Notes under the pieces: model-generated
Database searches by the model: none
The model's input: the letters and a program-made list of their open reading frames with translations, nothing else
Told to the model about the DNA's origin: nothing
Shown here: positions 13,484-25,009 of the stretch, piece after piece
Layout of the letters: every line of letters begins with the position of its first letter
How positions within the stretch are numbered: position 1 is the stretch's first letter
Program-made: the position numbers and the translations under genes
Assembly (NCBI GenBank): GCA_034780895.1
Contig: JAUZTB010000042.1
Span: 13,093,652 to 13,157,651 of the forward strand
Origin: Rhynchobatus australiae
Taxonomy: Eukaryota
DNA length: 64,000 bases
Direction: 5' to 3'

Positions 13484-14730
13484 GTAAGTATCTGCCCTTG
13501 CAAGGCATGCTGAAAAGGTGAGGGATAAGTAGCATTTGGATACTCAGTGCCTTGCATGGGGTTAAATGTTCATATGGATTTCCATACTGTTCAAAGACTG
13601 TGTTGCTTTATTAACTTTTTTTTTCAAATTGGTTCTCAATCAGAAACAAATTTGTTCTCATAAATTATCATGGCACTGTGCAAGTTCAGGCCTATTATAC
13701 AACATGGTTATCAAAGTGGAGTCTTAATGGTGAAGAATGATTCTGTGCAGAGTCCAGCCTGTCTGCAGTGTTTTTAAGTAATTTGTCTCAGTCTTGTTAA
13801 GTAAATTTTCTATCGTATTTTCTTCTTACTCATTTCCCTCACTTTAATCTGATCAAGTTGCATGCTGAGATGTTATTCTAATGGATATTAGTATTGAGGA
13901 GGTTGATTTGATTTGCATTTCATAAGGTCTGATTAAGTATAAGAAAATGAGCCTTTCCAGATCTCTTATTAGTGAGCAAAAATATTTCCTATGATTGACA
14001 TCTGTTGGTCATTTGGTCTTAGTGACAAGCACATGGATTGTGTCATAAGGCCATGCATCCAGTACTCCAACTCTTTCATCTAGCATATAGTCTCCTGCAT
14101 AACAGGAGCCAATAGAAAGTGTGTGTTTGCTTTATTCCAACAACATGTAGATTTTAATCAGTGGCCTTTCAGCAGTCATAGAAGAGAAGACTTACTATAT
14201 TTTAAGAGATGTGTTTTAGCTAGGAAGACTTAACATAGCTTGTGACAAGCTAAAGTAAGAACTGATACACCTAGTTACCAAGAAGACTAATTTTCCACCA
14301 GGATTTCCTGGTTATTGGCTTTTGGGTATCCAGTATATTTATTCTGAAGTAGTCAGGGTCTGCATTTCTAGATGGCACTTGACCAATTTAAGCAAAATCT
14401 TCCAGCTTGCCCACCTTGGCTTGGTTTGAGCTGCTCATATTATTATTCATTGACCATTTCCCAAGTTTTGCTGTATGTATTGAATACTTCTTCAATAAAC
14501 AGTGAAATATAAGCTGAAGTAGCGCCTTTGGACAGCACATAATGTCTTATCACTGTGTGATTCCTCATTCCTATGCCATTTCTTCAGTGTTTTTTCCCTC
14601 ATGGCATCGGCATTTCACCACAGATGTTTTGCCACATAAACTGTTAAGCAGTTAATTTTTTTTTCTGATAGATTGTTTTTAGCCCTCACAAGAATCGATA
14701 ATTTCCTTTCATGACTTTAAGTTTTATTTA

Positions 14731-14816
14731 GACGAGACAAGATCTCTTTATTAGTCACATGTACATTGAAACACACAGNNNNNNNNNNTAGCGTGTTCTG
14801 TGGGCAGCCCCCAAGT
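14731..14816 (-). mobile_element. 3' tail fragment of the same SINE as 37-336
   Basis: ctttattagtcacatgtacattgaaacacac...gtgttctgtgggcagccc closely matches 47-127. Confidence 0.8.
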
Positions 14817-16460
14817 AGTAATGAGCATGTTCAGGCGCTGATAAAGATTTATCAGTGCCTGAACATGCTCATTTATTTCCCATTAAGAATGTCAAAGAAG
14901 CACAACAAAGTATTCTGCAGAACACCAAGAGGACCATTTGCACTTGTGGAAGCTGGGATAAAGTGAATCACCACTTCATTTATTTCTTTCTCTGTTTTCA
15001 ATTGAATTGATATGAATGGAAATAAAATTCAAGAGGGATATAAAATGGTTGATTGATTTAGTTGGATATTATCCCACTTGGTCAAAGTTACCCACAAAAG
15101 TTTAAAACATTTAAAACTATTGAACCACTAATAATGATGGATTATTATACTTAAATTCAAAACTCATTGTCTGGAAAAGTACAGAATATCAGACTTTCCT
15201 GTAAATCCTTTCTCGTCTCAGTAATACTGAAGATAATTATCATAAGCTCATTTGAACTCTTCCTCTTTGCAGGTTTTATTGCTTGTTCCATCAAATAGCT
15301 TTCTTTAGTGAGCGGCAAATTTCTACCAGGCAGGTCATCTCAGCTGTAGAGCATTATGGTGCTCCTCCTCAACTCCAGGAATTGAGATGATCCCTTGTGC
15401 CGGCCTCTGAGATCTGACCTGTTTGTTTCAAAGTAAATTGACTGACGAAGGAATCGCTCTTAGTGTTCTTTATCGGCAGAAGTAGGTGCTCTTGTGGTTC
15501 TTGTTGGCTGCATCAGTAACTCTGCCAGAGAAACACCTGGATATTATGCTACCAAACAAAAGATATAGCGTTTTACTATCGGAATATCAGTAAAATTGCT
15601 ACTTGAAGAATGTTCTTGTATTTATTAAGCATAACTCTATTCAGCATAAGGGGCATTGTATCAAATACAATTCTGAATTTTCCAAATAAAATTGGTGGTG
15701 TTTCTTGGGAAGACCCAGAAATGAAATGAATGAGCTGGATCATCTGACCCACCATTCACCAGCTATTTTCTAGCTACGTATGGCTGCAATGTGTACCATT
15801 CCTTCATCCTATGCTGTCTTCCTGAATTCCCAGTGGAGTTCACCTTGTCTGGGAAGACATGCACAACACTGACATCATCGGCACATTTTGAAGATATGTA
15901 ATTTTCAGGGATTATGTTAAATGCAGAGAGCTGAGGGAGGGACATATTGAGGATACAGGGGTTTAATGATCTCTCTGCTTTTCTCCAAAATGCTTTTCTC
16001 TCCGACTCAAATATTTTACTATCACTACCATTTTCAATTGAATAAAAACCTAAACTCATTGCTTGAATGTTTTATAACATCCCAATTGTGAAGTGAATTC
16101 ACTGAATTATAATCTAGTCTGTAACATTTCAGTTATTACTCAGTTTTTACATGAAAGAACACCTCCCTTTATTTTTGCAGACCATTGCGATGTGCTAATT
16201 TATTAGACAATGATGTTTGCCACCGTGCAGAATAATCTCTTCTTATGATATCTGAGATCACTGTACAGTACAAACATCAAAAGGTGAGTTGCAATAATGA
16301 ATGGTGATGTAAGGACCAAGGGTACATCCAGTGCCAATACTTTGCCTTTAGAAACGAAGCATTAAAGAGCAGTATAACTGGTTGAGAAATCATCAAGAGA
16401 TTTTAGCAGATGAATGAAAATAATTGTCTTAAATTTTGACAGCTGAATGGGTTGTGTGAA

Positions 16461-16787
16461 ATGGAAACAGGCCCTTTGACCCACCAAGCCCACNNNNNNN
16501 NNNNCCCACCCATTTACCCCAATCCTACATTAATCCCACTTTTTATTCTCCCCACATTCTCATCAACTCCTCCCCAGATTCTACCCCTCACCCACACATT
16601 GCCTGGGGGCAATTTACAGTGGCCAATTAACCTGCACATCTTTGGGAGAAACCAGAGCACCCAGAAGAAGCCCACACAGTCACAGGGAGCACATGCAAGC
16701 TCCACACAAGACAGCAGCCGAGGCCGGGATTGAACCTGGGGTGCTGACACTGCGAGGCAACAGCTCTTCTAGCTGCGCCACTGTGCT
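16461..16787 (-). mobile_element. V-SINE (HE1-like) with CR1-type tail
   Basis: Plus strand shows ttgggagaaaccagagcacccagaagaagcccacacagtcacagggag (V-domain, reverse) and gggattgaacc (B box, reverse). Confidence 0.8.
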
Positions 16788-18297
16788 AATCCATTCTGTT
16801 GTTAGGGGAGAGGGATCTGGTGTGGGGAAATTAGAGGACCGGATGCTCTGAGTAGGAGCAGGTGTGGTGAGGAAACAAACATATGAGGCACATCAGGAAT
16901 CTTGAGCAGTACAAGCAGATTCAGCCATTTGCTCTGTATATGGGCCCGTGTTGCATTGTTCTTAAAGTTGTCGGGGTCTTGGGGAGGACACAGAACAGCA
17001 GAGCATGATGATGTGAGGAGAGGCAATGTTGCTGCTGGATACAAATGAGATATTGCTAAGATCTCCAGAGCCACTAGCCATGAATAAAGCCTCAAGCAAG
17101 TATTTAAGAATCTTGTAGAGACATTTCAATCCAATGATGTTGGGAGGGTTAATATGATGGACCTAACTCTCGAAGGAGCAGCAGGGAGGTGGCGGGTGGG
17201 AGTGTCAGACAGCTTCCCTCAGGACAGTGTTCTGAGGTGACAGCAAGGAACAGGCCCACTAAGTGGATAATGGTGACGTGGTCTTCTTTATCAAGGCCAA
17301 GTCAGATGGATGTTGCAAGCAGGTTCGATGGGAAACCAGGTCACGTGAGTGCTAAAGCCAGAGAAACTATGGGTGACGTGGGTCAGAAAGGGAGGAAGTC
17401 TCATCTTGGGAGCCATCCAGCCTCAGAACTGCAGTCACAGTGCTCCCCATTGTGTAGGGAGCAATGGTATTTATTGCATGTCTGAAGTGAGCAATGAAAA
17501 TAATACATGCTGAGCCATTATGTTGATTGAGGGAGTGACTATGAGTATGTCATGATGGTGATTCATTCAGTGATGGGACAAGATCTGTATACAGGAATCT
17601 TTCCACCACATTGCACTGAGGAGAACCAAGATGGTGTTCCACATCTACTTTGTGGACAGCCTTAAGTCATGGGTGAGCTGGACTTTTGGCTGTCTGGCAG
17701 GGATGTTTGTGTCCATAGCTATGTGCACCAGCAATCCAGGATGTGGGCTAGATTGAGTCACGGATTGAGGGCAGCGTGCTTCAAAGTAACATAGCTGGAA
17801 CAGCAAAGGGAAACCACTGACACTCCAGGGTACACTGGCCTCACCTAAGCACACCATTGCTCAGGTGGGCTTGGGTGGTCCTAAGAAGTCCACAGCGAGC
17901 AAGACAGTTGCAGGTAAAGTGTAAATTCTTCAAGACAAACAAGCCAGCTATCGGAAAGTGAGTTGATAGCTGCAATGAAACTATCTGAAGAAGGAAAAAA
18001 GACTGAGAATTTTGGAAAAGGCATCTCAACAAATGGAAGGCATGTTTCAAAAACTACAGGGAACACGGCTGACAACAATGTGTCGGAAGATGAAAAGCCT
18101 CCACTGATAACAAGCATGAGCAGCTCAGTCGTGTGACCAAGTGAAGCTGGAAGGTCCCAAAGACAAGAGTCGGTGCTGAGTTCAAGGACAAACCATAGGC
18201 ATCCTGGGCTGAGGAGCCAGATCCATCCTTCAGCATCACACCAGTACTGTCATTTCACACATGGGGCCCACATTCCTTTCTGTGGTAAATGAAAATT

Positions 18298-18489
18298 AAA
18301 AATCTGCAAATGTCAGAAATTTGAAATAAAAAAGGAAGTGTTGGAAATACTCAGCAGGTCAAGTAACATCCATGGAAAATGGAAAGAAAAAGTTCTGATG
18401 AGGGATCCCAGATCCAAAACGTTGTTTTCTCTTTTCACAGAATCTGACTGACCTATTAAGTATTCCCAGCATTTTCTGTTTTTATTTCA
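18298..18489. mobile_element. Palindromic non-autonomous Penelope-like repeat with hammerhead-like core
   Basis: Arms 18322-18385 and 18424-18489 are diverged inverted repeats. The centre reads agtt-CTGATGA-g-GGATC-cca-GATCC-aaaa-cgtt. Confidence 0.6.
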
Positions 18490-20563
18490 TTTATTTGATA
18501 GGTGTTTGCTTTAGCTGCCAAAGGTGATGAATTCTAAAAGGGTGTCTGGCGTGCATGCACATAATAGTATTGTAAGTGATGCCAGATATTGGTAGGATAT
18601 ACTATACACATGGTCCATTCAATTAAATGGGATTAGTGACTGTGATTAAACAGCTAAACTCAGACAAATGGGTTATCTCATCTTCTTCATTTTATTTAAT
18701 TTTAAAGCCTTGAATTAATTGGCTAAAACGTGTTTGAAGTAAATTTACTTATTTTCATACTTCTGTTTTTTAAATTGTTTAAATCCTTTTGAATTAATTT
18801 TAAATGCTCTTGTCTACCAGAGATATTTAAAAGCAGTTCAAAAGCATTTGATGGCAGTGACCTGTCAAAAGGCCATCATTCCACTCTGAGGGTGGGGTCT
18901 CAGGATCCGCTGATGGTCACCTGGTCTGCTGCACATCCTAGAAGTCACAGCAGAAAGGTCTCCAACACAGTCGGGCTGGCAGTGTTGCTAACTGTAGGAG
19001 CGGCCCAGGAGAAGAGTGGGGAAGATGTTAGCCAGTGCACCACGTTCCAGTCCAATGTCTGGATTAACACATGGTAGTCGAATCAGAACTGTGTGATCGT
19101 GGTACTGATCAGGTGCACGTATTATATATTTACGCATTCCTGCACAGGCTGCATGCCATTGAGTAGTTGGAAACAAATTCATTCATTTAGGCTCAATTAG
19201 ACTATTATTTCTTTATAACCTAGAAGAGGCCATTCAGCCCATTGAGTGTATGCTGGCTCTCAGGGCAATCCCATTCTCCCACATATTTCCTTGCAATCTA
19301 TTTGCTCACATGCCCATCNNNNNNNNNNNNNNNNNNNNNNNNNNNNNNNNNNNNNNNNNNNNNNNNNNNNNNNNNNNNNNNNNNNNNNNNNNNNNNNNNN
19401 NNNNNNNNNNNNNNNNNNNNNNNNNNNNNNNNNNNNNNNNNNNNNNNNNNNNNNNNNNNNNNNNNNNNNNNNNNNNNNNNNNNNNNNNNNNNNNNNNNNN
19501 NNNNNNNNNNNNNNNNNNNNNNNNNNNNNNNNNNNNNNNNNNNNNNNNNNNNNNNNNNNNNNNNNNNNNNNNNNNNNNNNNNNNNNNNNNNNNNNNNNNN
19601 NNNNNNNNNNNNNNNNNNNNNNNNNNNNNNNNNNNNNNNNNNNNNNNNNNNNNNNNNNNNNNNNNNNNNNNNNNNNNNNNNNNNNNNNNNNNNNNNNNNN
19701 NNNNNNNNNNNNNNNNNNNNNNNNNNNNNNNNNNNNNNNNNNNNNNNNNNNNNNNNNNNNNNNNNNNNNNNNNNNNNNNNNNNNNNNNNNNNNNNNNNNN
19801 NNNNNNNNNNNNNNNNNNNNNNNNNNNNNNNNNNNNNNNNNNNNNNNNNNNNNNNNNNNNNNNNNNNNNNNNNNNNNNNNNNNNNNNNNNNNTACTTACA
19901 ATTACTTGGAATTTGTCATTCACTTGCAAAAGGGAGATTATTGGCTCCTCCATTCATAAAGAGCTGCCTGTATGTCATTCTCTCTTGGCGGAGAAAAGCA
20001 GGTTGAACGAGCATGGGTCATTGGCTTCCCCTTGGCACAGGTTGCTGTTGCTGTATGCTTGTCATTGGTTGGCATTGCAAGTCAACCACATCTGAACCGG
20101 AGTCCATTTTCTCGATATCCACCTGGTGTGTGGCCATCGGCAGTGCAGACCAGTGACCAGTACCCTGACAGCAATCTCCCCAGCGTCATTCGGAAGCGGT
20201 CTGCTGAGTCATCTGCAATTTGGACCACCCTGATAGACCATAGCTTGTTAACGGGCAACAAAGATCGACCTGCTGAAGGCATACGATGTAATTCCCATGA
20301 ACGAATCACGCAATGAGATCTGGTTGTTGCAATAAAAAGAATGCTATCACTCAAAAATTGATAGAAAAGACCATTCGTGGATTGGTTCCACTCTCTGGAT
20401 CATTTGTGAAGACTCCTAAAATATTCAGCGGAGCTGTACACAGGAGATGTGATGGGGTGCAGTGTGCTGAGGGTGCAGTCCTTGCCAAGCAGCTGAAGAG
20501 GGACCAAGCAGAAGAGGCATACTGGATCGCCCCTTCCAGGCTAGACCATGAACAACAGTCAAC

Positions 20564-20958
20564 GTGGCCAAGCTGGCCATCCACGGGGACGCGGCAGCAG
20601 GCGGCCGAGGATTCCAGCTGGTCAGCGCACCTGCCCGTCTTCCGTGCTTAGGTGCACACGCGGGTGTCCTTGGAGAGGGAGCACGTGGTCTCCGTGGGCA
20701 CCCTGGTTGAGTTCTGCGCTCGGTGGGCCCCTCAGGGAATCACATGATGTGGACGGCACAAATGCGATTCTTATCTGAAGAGTTGCGTTACTGGGTGCAG
20801 TGTTGCGTGTGTGTTTCGCGGGTATTAGTTTGCATTATTTTACTGTAGTTATGGAACTGCTCAGTTTTTTTTCCTCTTCTGTATTTGATGTAGTGTATTG
20901 ACACTGGTTGTCCCTTTTTGTAGAACTTGTAGTTAATAAATGTTTATATATTAAAAAA
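20564..20958 (+). mobile_element. 5'-truncated Tx1/L1-clade LINE 3' end with poly(A) and TSD
   Basis: Translates (one frameshift, one stop) AKLAIH..RQQAAE...LPVFRA*VHTRVSLEREHVVSVGTLVEFCARWAPQG, the Tx1 ORF2 C-terminus. T-rich 3'UTR, AATAAA at 20935-40, A tail. Flanked by aacaacagtcaac (20551-63) and aacagcagtcaac (20959-71). Confidence 0.85.
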
Positions 20959-21489
20959 AACAGCAGTCAACACATCATCAGTTCCCCAGTCACCAATAGT
21001 CCTCACGTTACTCATTTTCTTATTAACCATCATAGTGCAGCAGTGTAAAAAGAAAACCTACATCAAATGAATGTTCCGCATTCAATTTATAAATCATGGT
21101 ATGCTGTACTGCATAGGAGCAACAAATCACTTTCCTTTCTTGCATTCTTTTACATATTGCTGGTGTCCATGTCGTACCACACCAGGCAGCTGCTGGAGTG
21201 CAGCCATTCTTCACCAGAGAAAGCTTCAGATAGCCTTGGAGCACAGTCTTGCAGCTCTGGGGGTGAAAGGTGCAGGTCTGGACTGCATCTTCTGGGCAAA
21301 GCCTGCTGAGTCCGGGCCTGTAGGCTGATAGTCAAAAACTTGGGCAGTGTCAGGAGTTTAACTGCTGAGAGGGGATACCATGCAGCCAATGCTATCTCCT
21401 TGTTAGCCTTGACTCCCACTATAAGTCCGAGATATCAGTTTGTGATGAAGCTGGCGTATCAACCATCAGGTTCTGCATTATGATAAAAA

Positions 21490-24400
21490 CATAGGAGCAG
21501 TAATAGTCGGTTTATTTCCTTGAGTATTTTCCATCATTCATTGAGCCTACTTGTGCCCTTACTATATTATAGAACTGTTGTACCATACTCCTGAAGAAAC
21601 TTGCGTCAAAAAATCCAGTGATCTTCGATTGAGGATAAAGCATCATTTGAAGAAAAGAGTTCCAAATTTTTGCACCCTGTTTCCTGCATGTATGAATGTT
21701 TTGAAATTTCATTCCTGAAAGGCTTGGCTTTGATTCTCAAGGCCTCAATTCCCCAACCAATGGAAATAGTTTCTTTCTCTCTAACCTGTCAACTCCTCTA
21801 ACACCGTTAAAAACCTTAATCTATTCATCTCTTAACTTTTCAATTCTAGAGAATACCACATACTGGTTTGTAAATTCTCTACATACTTTAATTCTCTGAC
21901 ACAAATTGCTCTCTGTATTCCAATTGTGGTCTAACTAAGGCTTTGTATAGCTTCTATTTCCCAGTACTTCAATTTTCTAGATATGAAAGATGGCATTCCT
22001 TTCAATCTTTCAAATTTTTCTGCACCCATCCAGGACATTTTAACAATTGACGTGCGTGAACATCTGAGTCTCTTGAACCTCCACCAACCTGACTTTTCAC
22101 CATTCAGAAAGTACTCTGTTATATCCTATTAGTTTTGAAGTAACTGACCCCACATTTGCCTGTTGGAATGCATTTGCCATAACTTTGCCCATTTGTTTAC
22201 TCTATTAATTATCTTCATAATTCAATGCTCCCATATCTTGTCTATCAAATATGGATATGTGAATCTCTGACCCATTATCTAGGTACAGTCAGCAGTAAGG
22301 CCCCCATGCTGATTATGTGGGACTCCAACCAATCTGAGTATCTTCCCATTTTGTCCGCTGTGATTCCTGCCTCTTAGCTGATTTTCTGACCAAGACAATA
22401 ATTTTCCTTCNNNNNNNNNNNNNNNNNNNNNNNNNNNNNNNNNNNNNNNNNNNNNNNNNNNNNNNNNNNNNNNNNNNNNNNNNNNNNNNNNNNNNNNNNN
22501 NNNNNNNNNNTAAATTGACCAATAATTTTCCTTCTGTTCCATGAACTTTAATGTCAGCCTGCTTCCTCTGTGTCAGGTGATACTTTGTCAGGTACCTTCT
22601 GAAAGTTCATATAAATAAAATCTCTCGATATTCCACTGTCAACAACTTTGGTTGCCTTTACAAAATATTCAATCAAAGATTCATCAAAGGACTCCTACAT
22701 TTTTAAAATCCATGCTTGTTCTATCCGATCAGCAAAAAGATTTGCAAGGTATTCAGTCATTCTTTCCTTAATTATAGGCTCCAGTAATTTCCCGACAACA
22801 GATGTTAGGCTAACTGGTCTATAATTTACTAATTTCACTCTCTCACCTTTCGTAAATGGTGGAGTGACATGTGTAATTTCCAATCTAAGGGAACAATTCT
22901 GAATTGAGGGAACTTTGGAAAATTATATTCAGAGCATTTGAAATGTTTCATCACTTCCTTTAAAACCCTGGGATGGAAATATCAGGTGCTGGGATTTGTC
23001 ACCTTTCAATGCCATTATTTTCCACAATAATTTCATTTTGTTTGCTGTCTGGCAAACTTCTTCCCTGAGTCGGTTTCTGTTTCCTTGGGATATCCAGCAT
23101 ATTATCCTCTTCCTCTGTTGTAATGTTTGAAGCAAAGTAATTACTCAACATGTTCACTTTTCTCTTATTTTCACTTACGCTATTGTTTTTCCCACTTTTA
23201 ACATTGCTGATCTACTCTGCTTATAATTGACAACTTTTTCTGTGTTGATTTTGATATTGTTTGCAAATTTCTTATCACATTCCCCTTTTATAGCTCTTAC
23301 TATCTGTTTGTTGCTTTTGCTGTTCTTTGGATCTCTCACAGTTGTCAAGATTTGAGCTAGTTTTTGCCTTTTTGTATTCTTTTAATTTTAATTGTATGTG
23401 TTGTCTGTTACCTCCATAGTCATTTATGACTCATTTTTTTGGCAAGTCGAGCTCACCCTCCTTAGGGAAATAAACTGGCTCTGTAAAAAATTACATTCTT
23501 TTGAGCACCTTTGTTGTTTTACCCATGAATACATTTGCTTGGTTCACCAAGGATGCCATCTGTTTCATTGTTAGCCTAACCTAAATCTCGAATTTACTGG
23601 ATGCTTTGCACTTCCCTCTTCCAACCACTGCATTGAAATCTTTCACATTGTATACAAGTATCACTAAATGTTCATGCAAAGATGGACTATTAAAAAAAAT
23701 CTGGCTCTTTATTTATGACTAAATCTAATATGTCCAGCACCTTGCTACAGAAAGTTATCCTTAAGCATACTAAAGAAATCTACACCTTGAGCTCATTTGC
23801 CTGCCCCATCTACTTTAAGTGAAACTTCCCATTAAAACCAATCTGTGTTTGCTACACACTTGCTGATTTTCCTATTTATATATTCTACCAATTAATGGAT
23901 ACCACCTTGNNNNNNNNNNNNNNNNNNNNNNNNNNNNNNNNNNNNNNNNNNNNNNNNNNNNNNNNNNNNNNNNNNNNNNNNNNNNNNNNNNNNNNNNNNN
24001 NNNNNNNNNNNNNNNNNNNNNNNNNNNNNNNNNNNNNNNNNNNNNNNNNNNNNNNNNNNNNNNNNNNNNNNNNNNNNNNNNNNNNNNNNNNNNNNNNNNN
24101 NNNNNNNNNNNNNNNNNNNNNNNNNNNNNNNNNNNNNNNNNNNNNNNNNNNNNNNNNNNNNNNNNNNNNNNNNNNNNNNNNNNNNNNNNNNNNNNNNNNN
24201 NNNNNNNNNNNNNNNNNNNNNNNNNNNNNNNNNNNNNNNNNNNNNNNNNNNNNNNNNNNNNNNNNNNNNNNNNNNNNNNNNNNNNNNNNTCTGTATGAAG
24301 CTGCGTGCATATTTCTGACAGTTCCACTGAAGCACCAACCATTTCATTGTGCATGTATTCCAACCTTCTCTTGGTAGCCTCCCCTTCGAAGTGCTCATTT

Positions 24401-24500
24401 TAAAACCTCTGCAGCAAAACCCTCTTCTGACTTACCTCCACATGTGCAGCCCTTGATCCCTGAACTGGTTACAGGACCCTGGTATCAATGTCTTACAACA
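21490..24500 (-). mobile_element. Decayed CR1 LINE (ORF2 and 3' end, with gaps)
   Basis: ORF 22695-22883 HVTPPFTKGERVKLVNYRPVSLTSVVGKLLEPIIKE is the classic CR1 pre-RT motif. Flanks show further CR1-like text. Boundaries are approximate. Confidence 0.8.
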
Positions 24501-24763
24501 TGCAGATCCCACCTCTAAATTGTCATGGAGTCATGCAGTCAATACAGTGCAGATACAGGCCCTTTGGCCCACCAAGTCTGCATTGACCATCCAGCACCTA
24601 TTTTAATGTACTGTAGGTATCTGAGCTGGTGGACTGTAAATGTTCATTTAAATGATGATGTTACTTCAGATTAATTGTTTTTTTTTGAGCATCTGCCACT
24701 GCTAGACCAGATTATGGTCCTTGGCTATCTGAAAGACAAAAAAGGCATTAAGTGAAACCTGTC

Positions 24764-25009
24764 CAGCACAGTAGCATAGCAGTTAGCGTAACACTATTAC
24801 AGTGCCAGCAATTGGGGTTCAATTTCCACCGCTGTCTGTATGGAGTTTGTACATTCTCCCCGTGTCTGCATGGGTTTCCTCCGGGTGCTCCGGTTTCTTC
24901 CCACATTCCAAAGACGTATGGGTTAGTCGGTTAACATGGATGTAATTGGGTGGCGTGGGCTCATTGAGCCGGAAGGGCCTGTTACTGTACTGTATAAATA
25001 AAGTTTAAA
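24764..25009 (+). mobile_element. V-SINE, full length
   Basis: A box tagcatagcagttagc, B box ggttcaatttcc, V-domain gggtttcctccgggtgctccggtttcttcccacattccaaagac, tail gggcctgttactgtactgtataaataaa. Confidence 0.88.

Noticed and set aside
19242-20095. Long ORFs in the track (also 23872-24398, 34757-35370, 58534-59136, 62084-62998)
   Set aside because: They are open only because they run through N gaps (poly-X).
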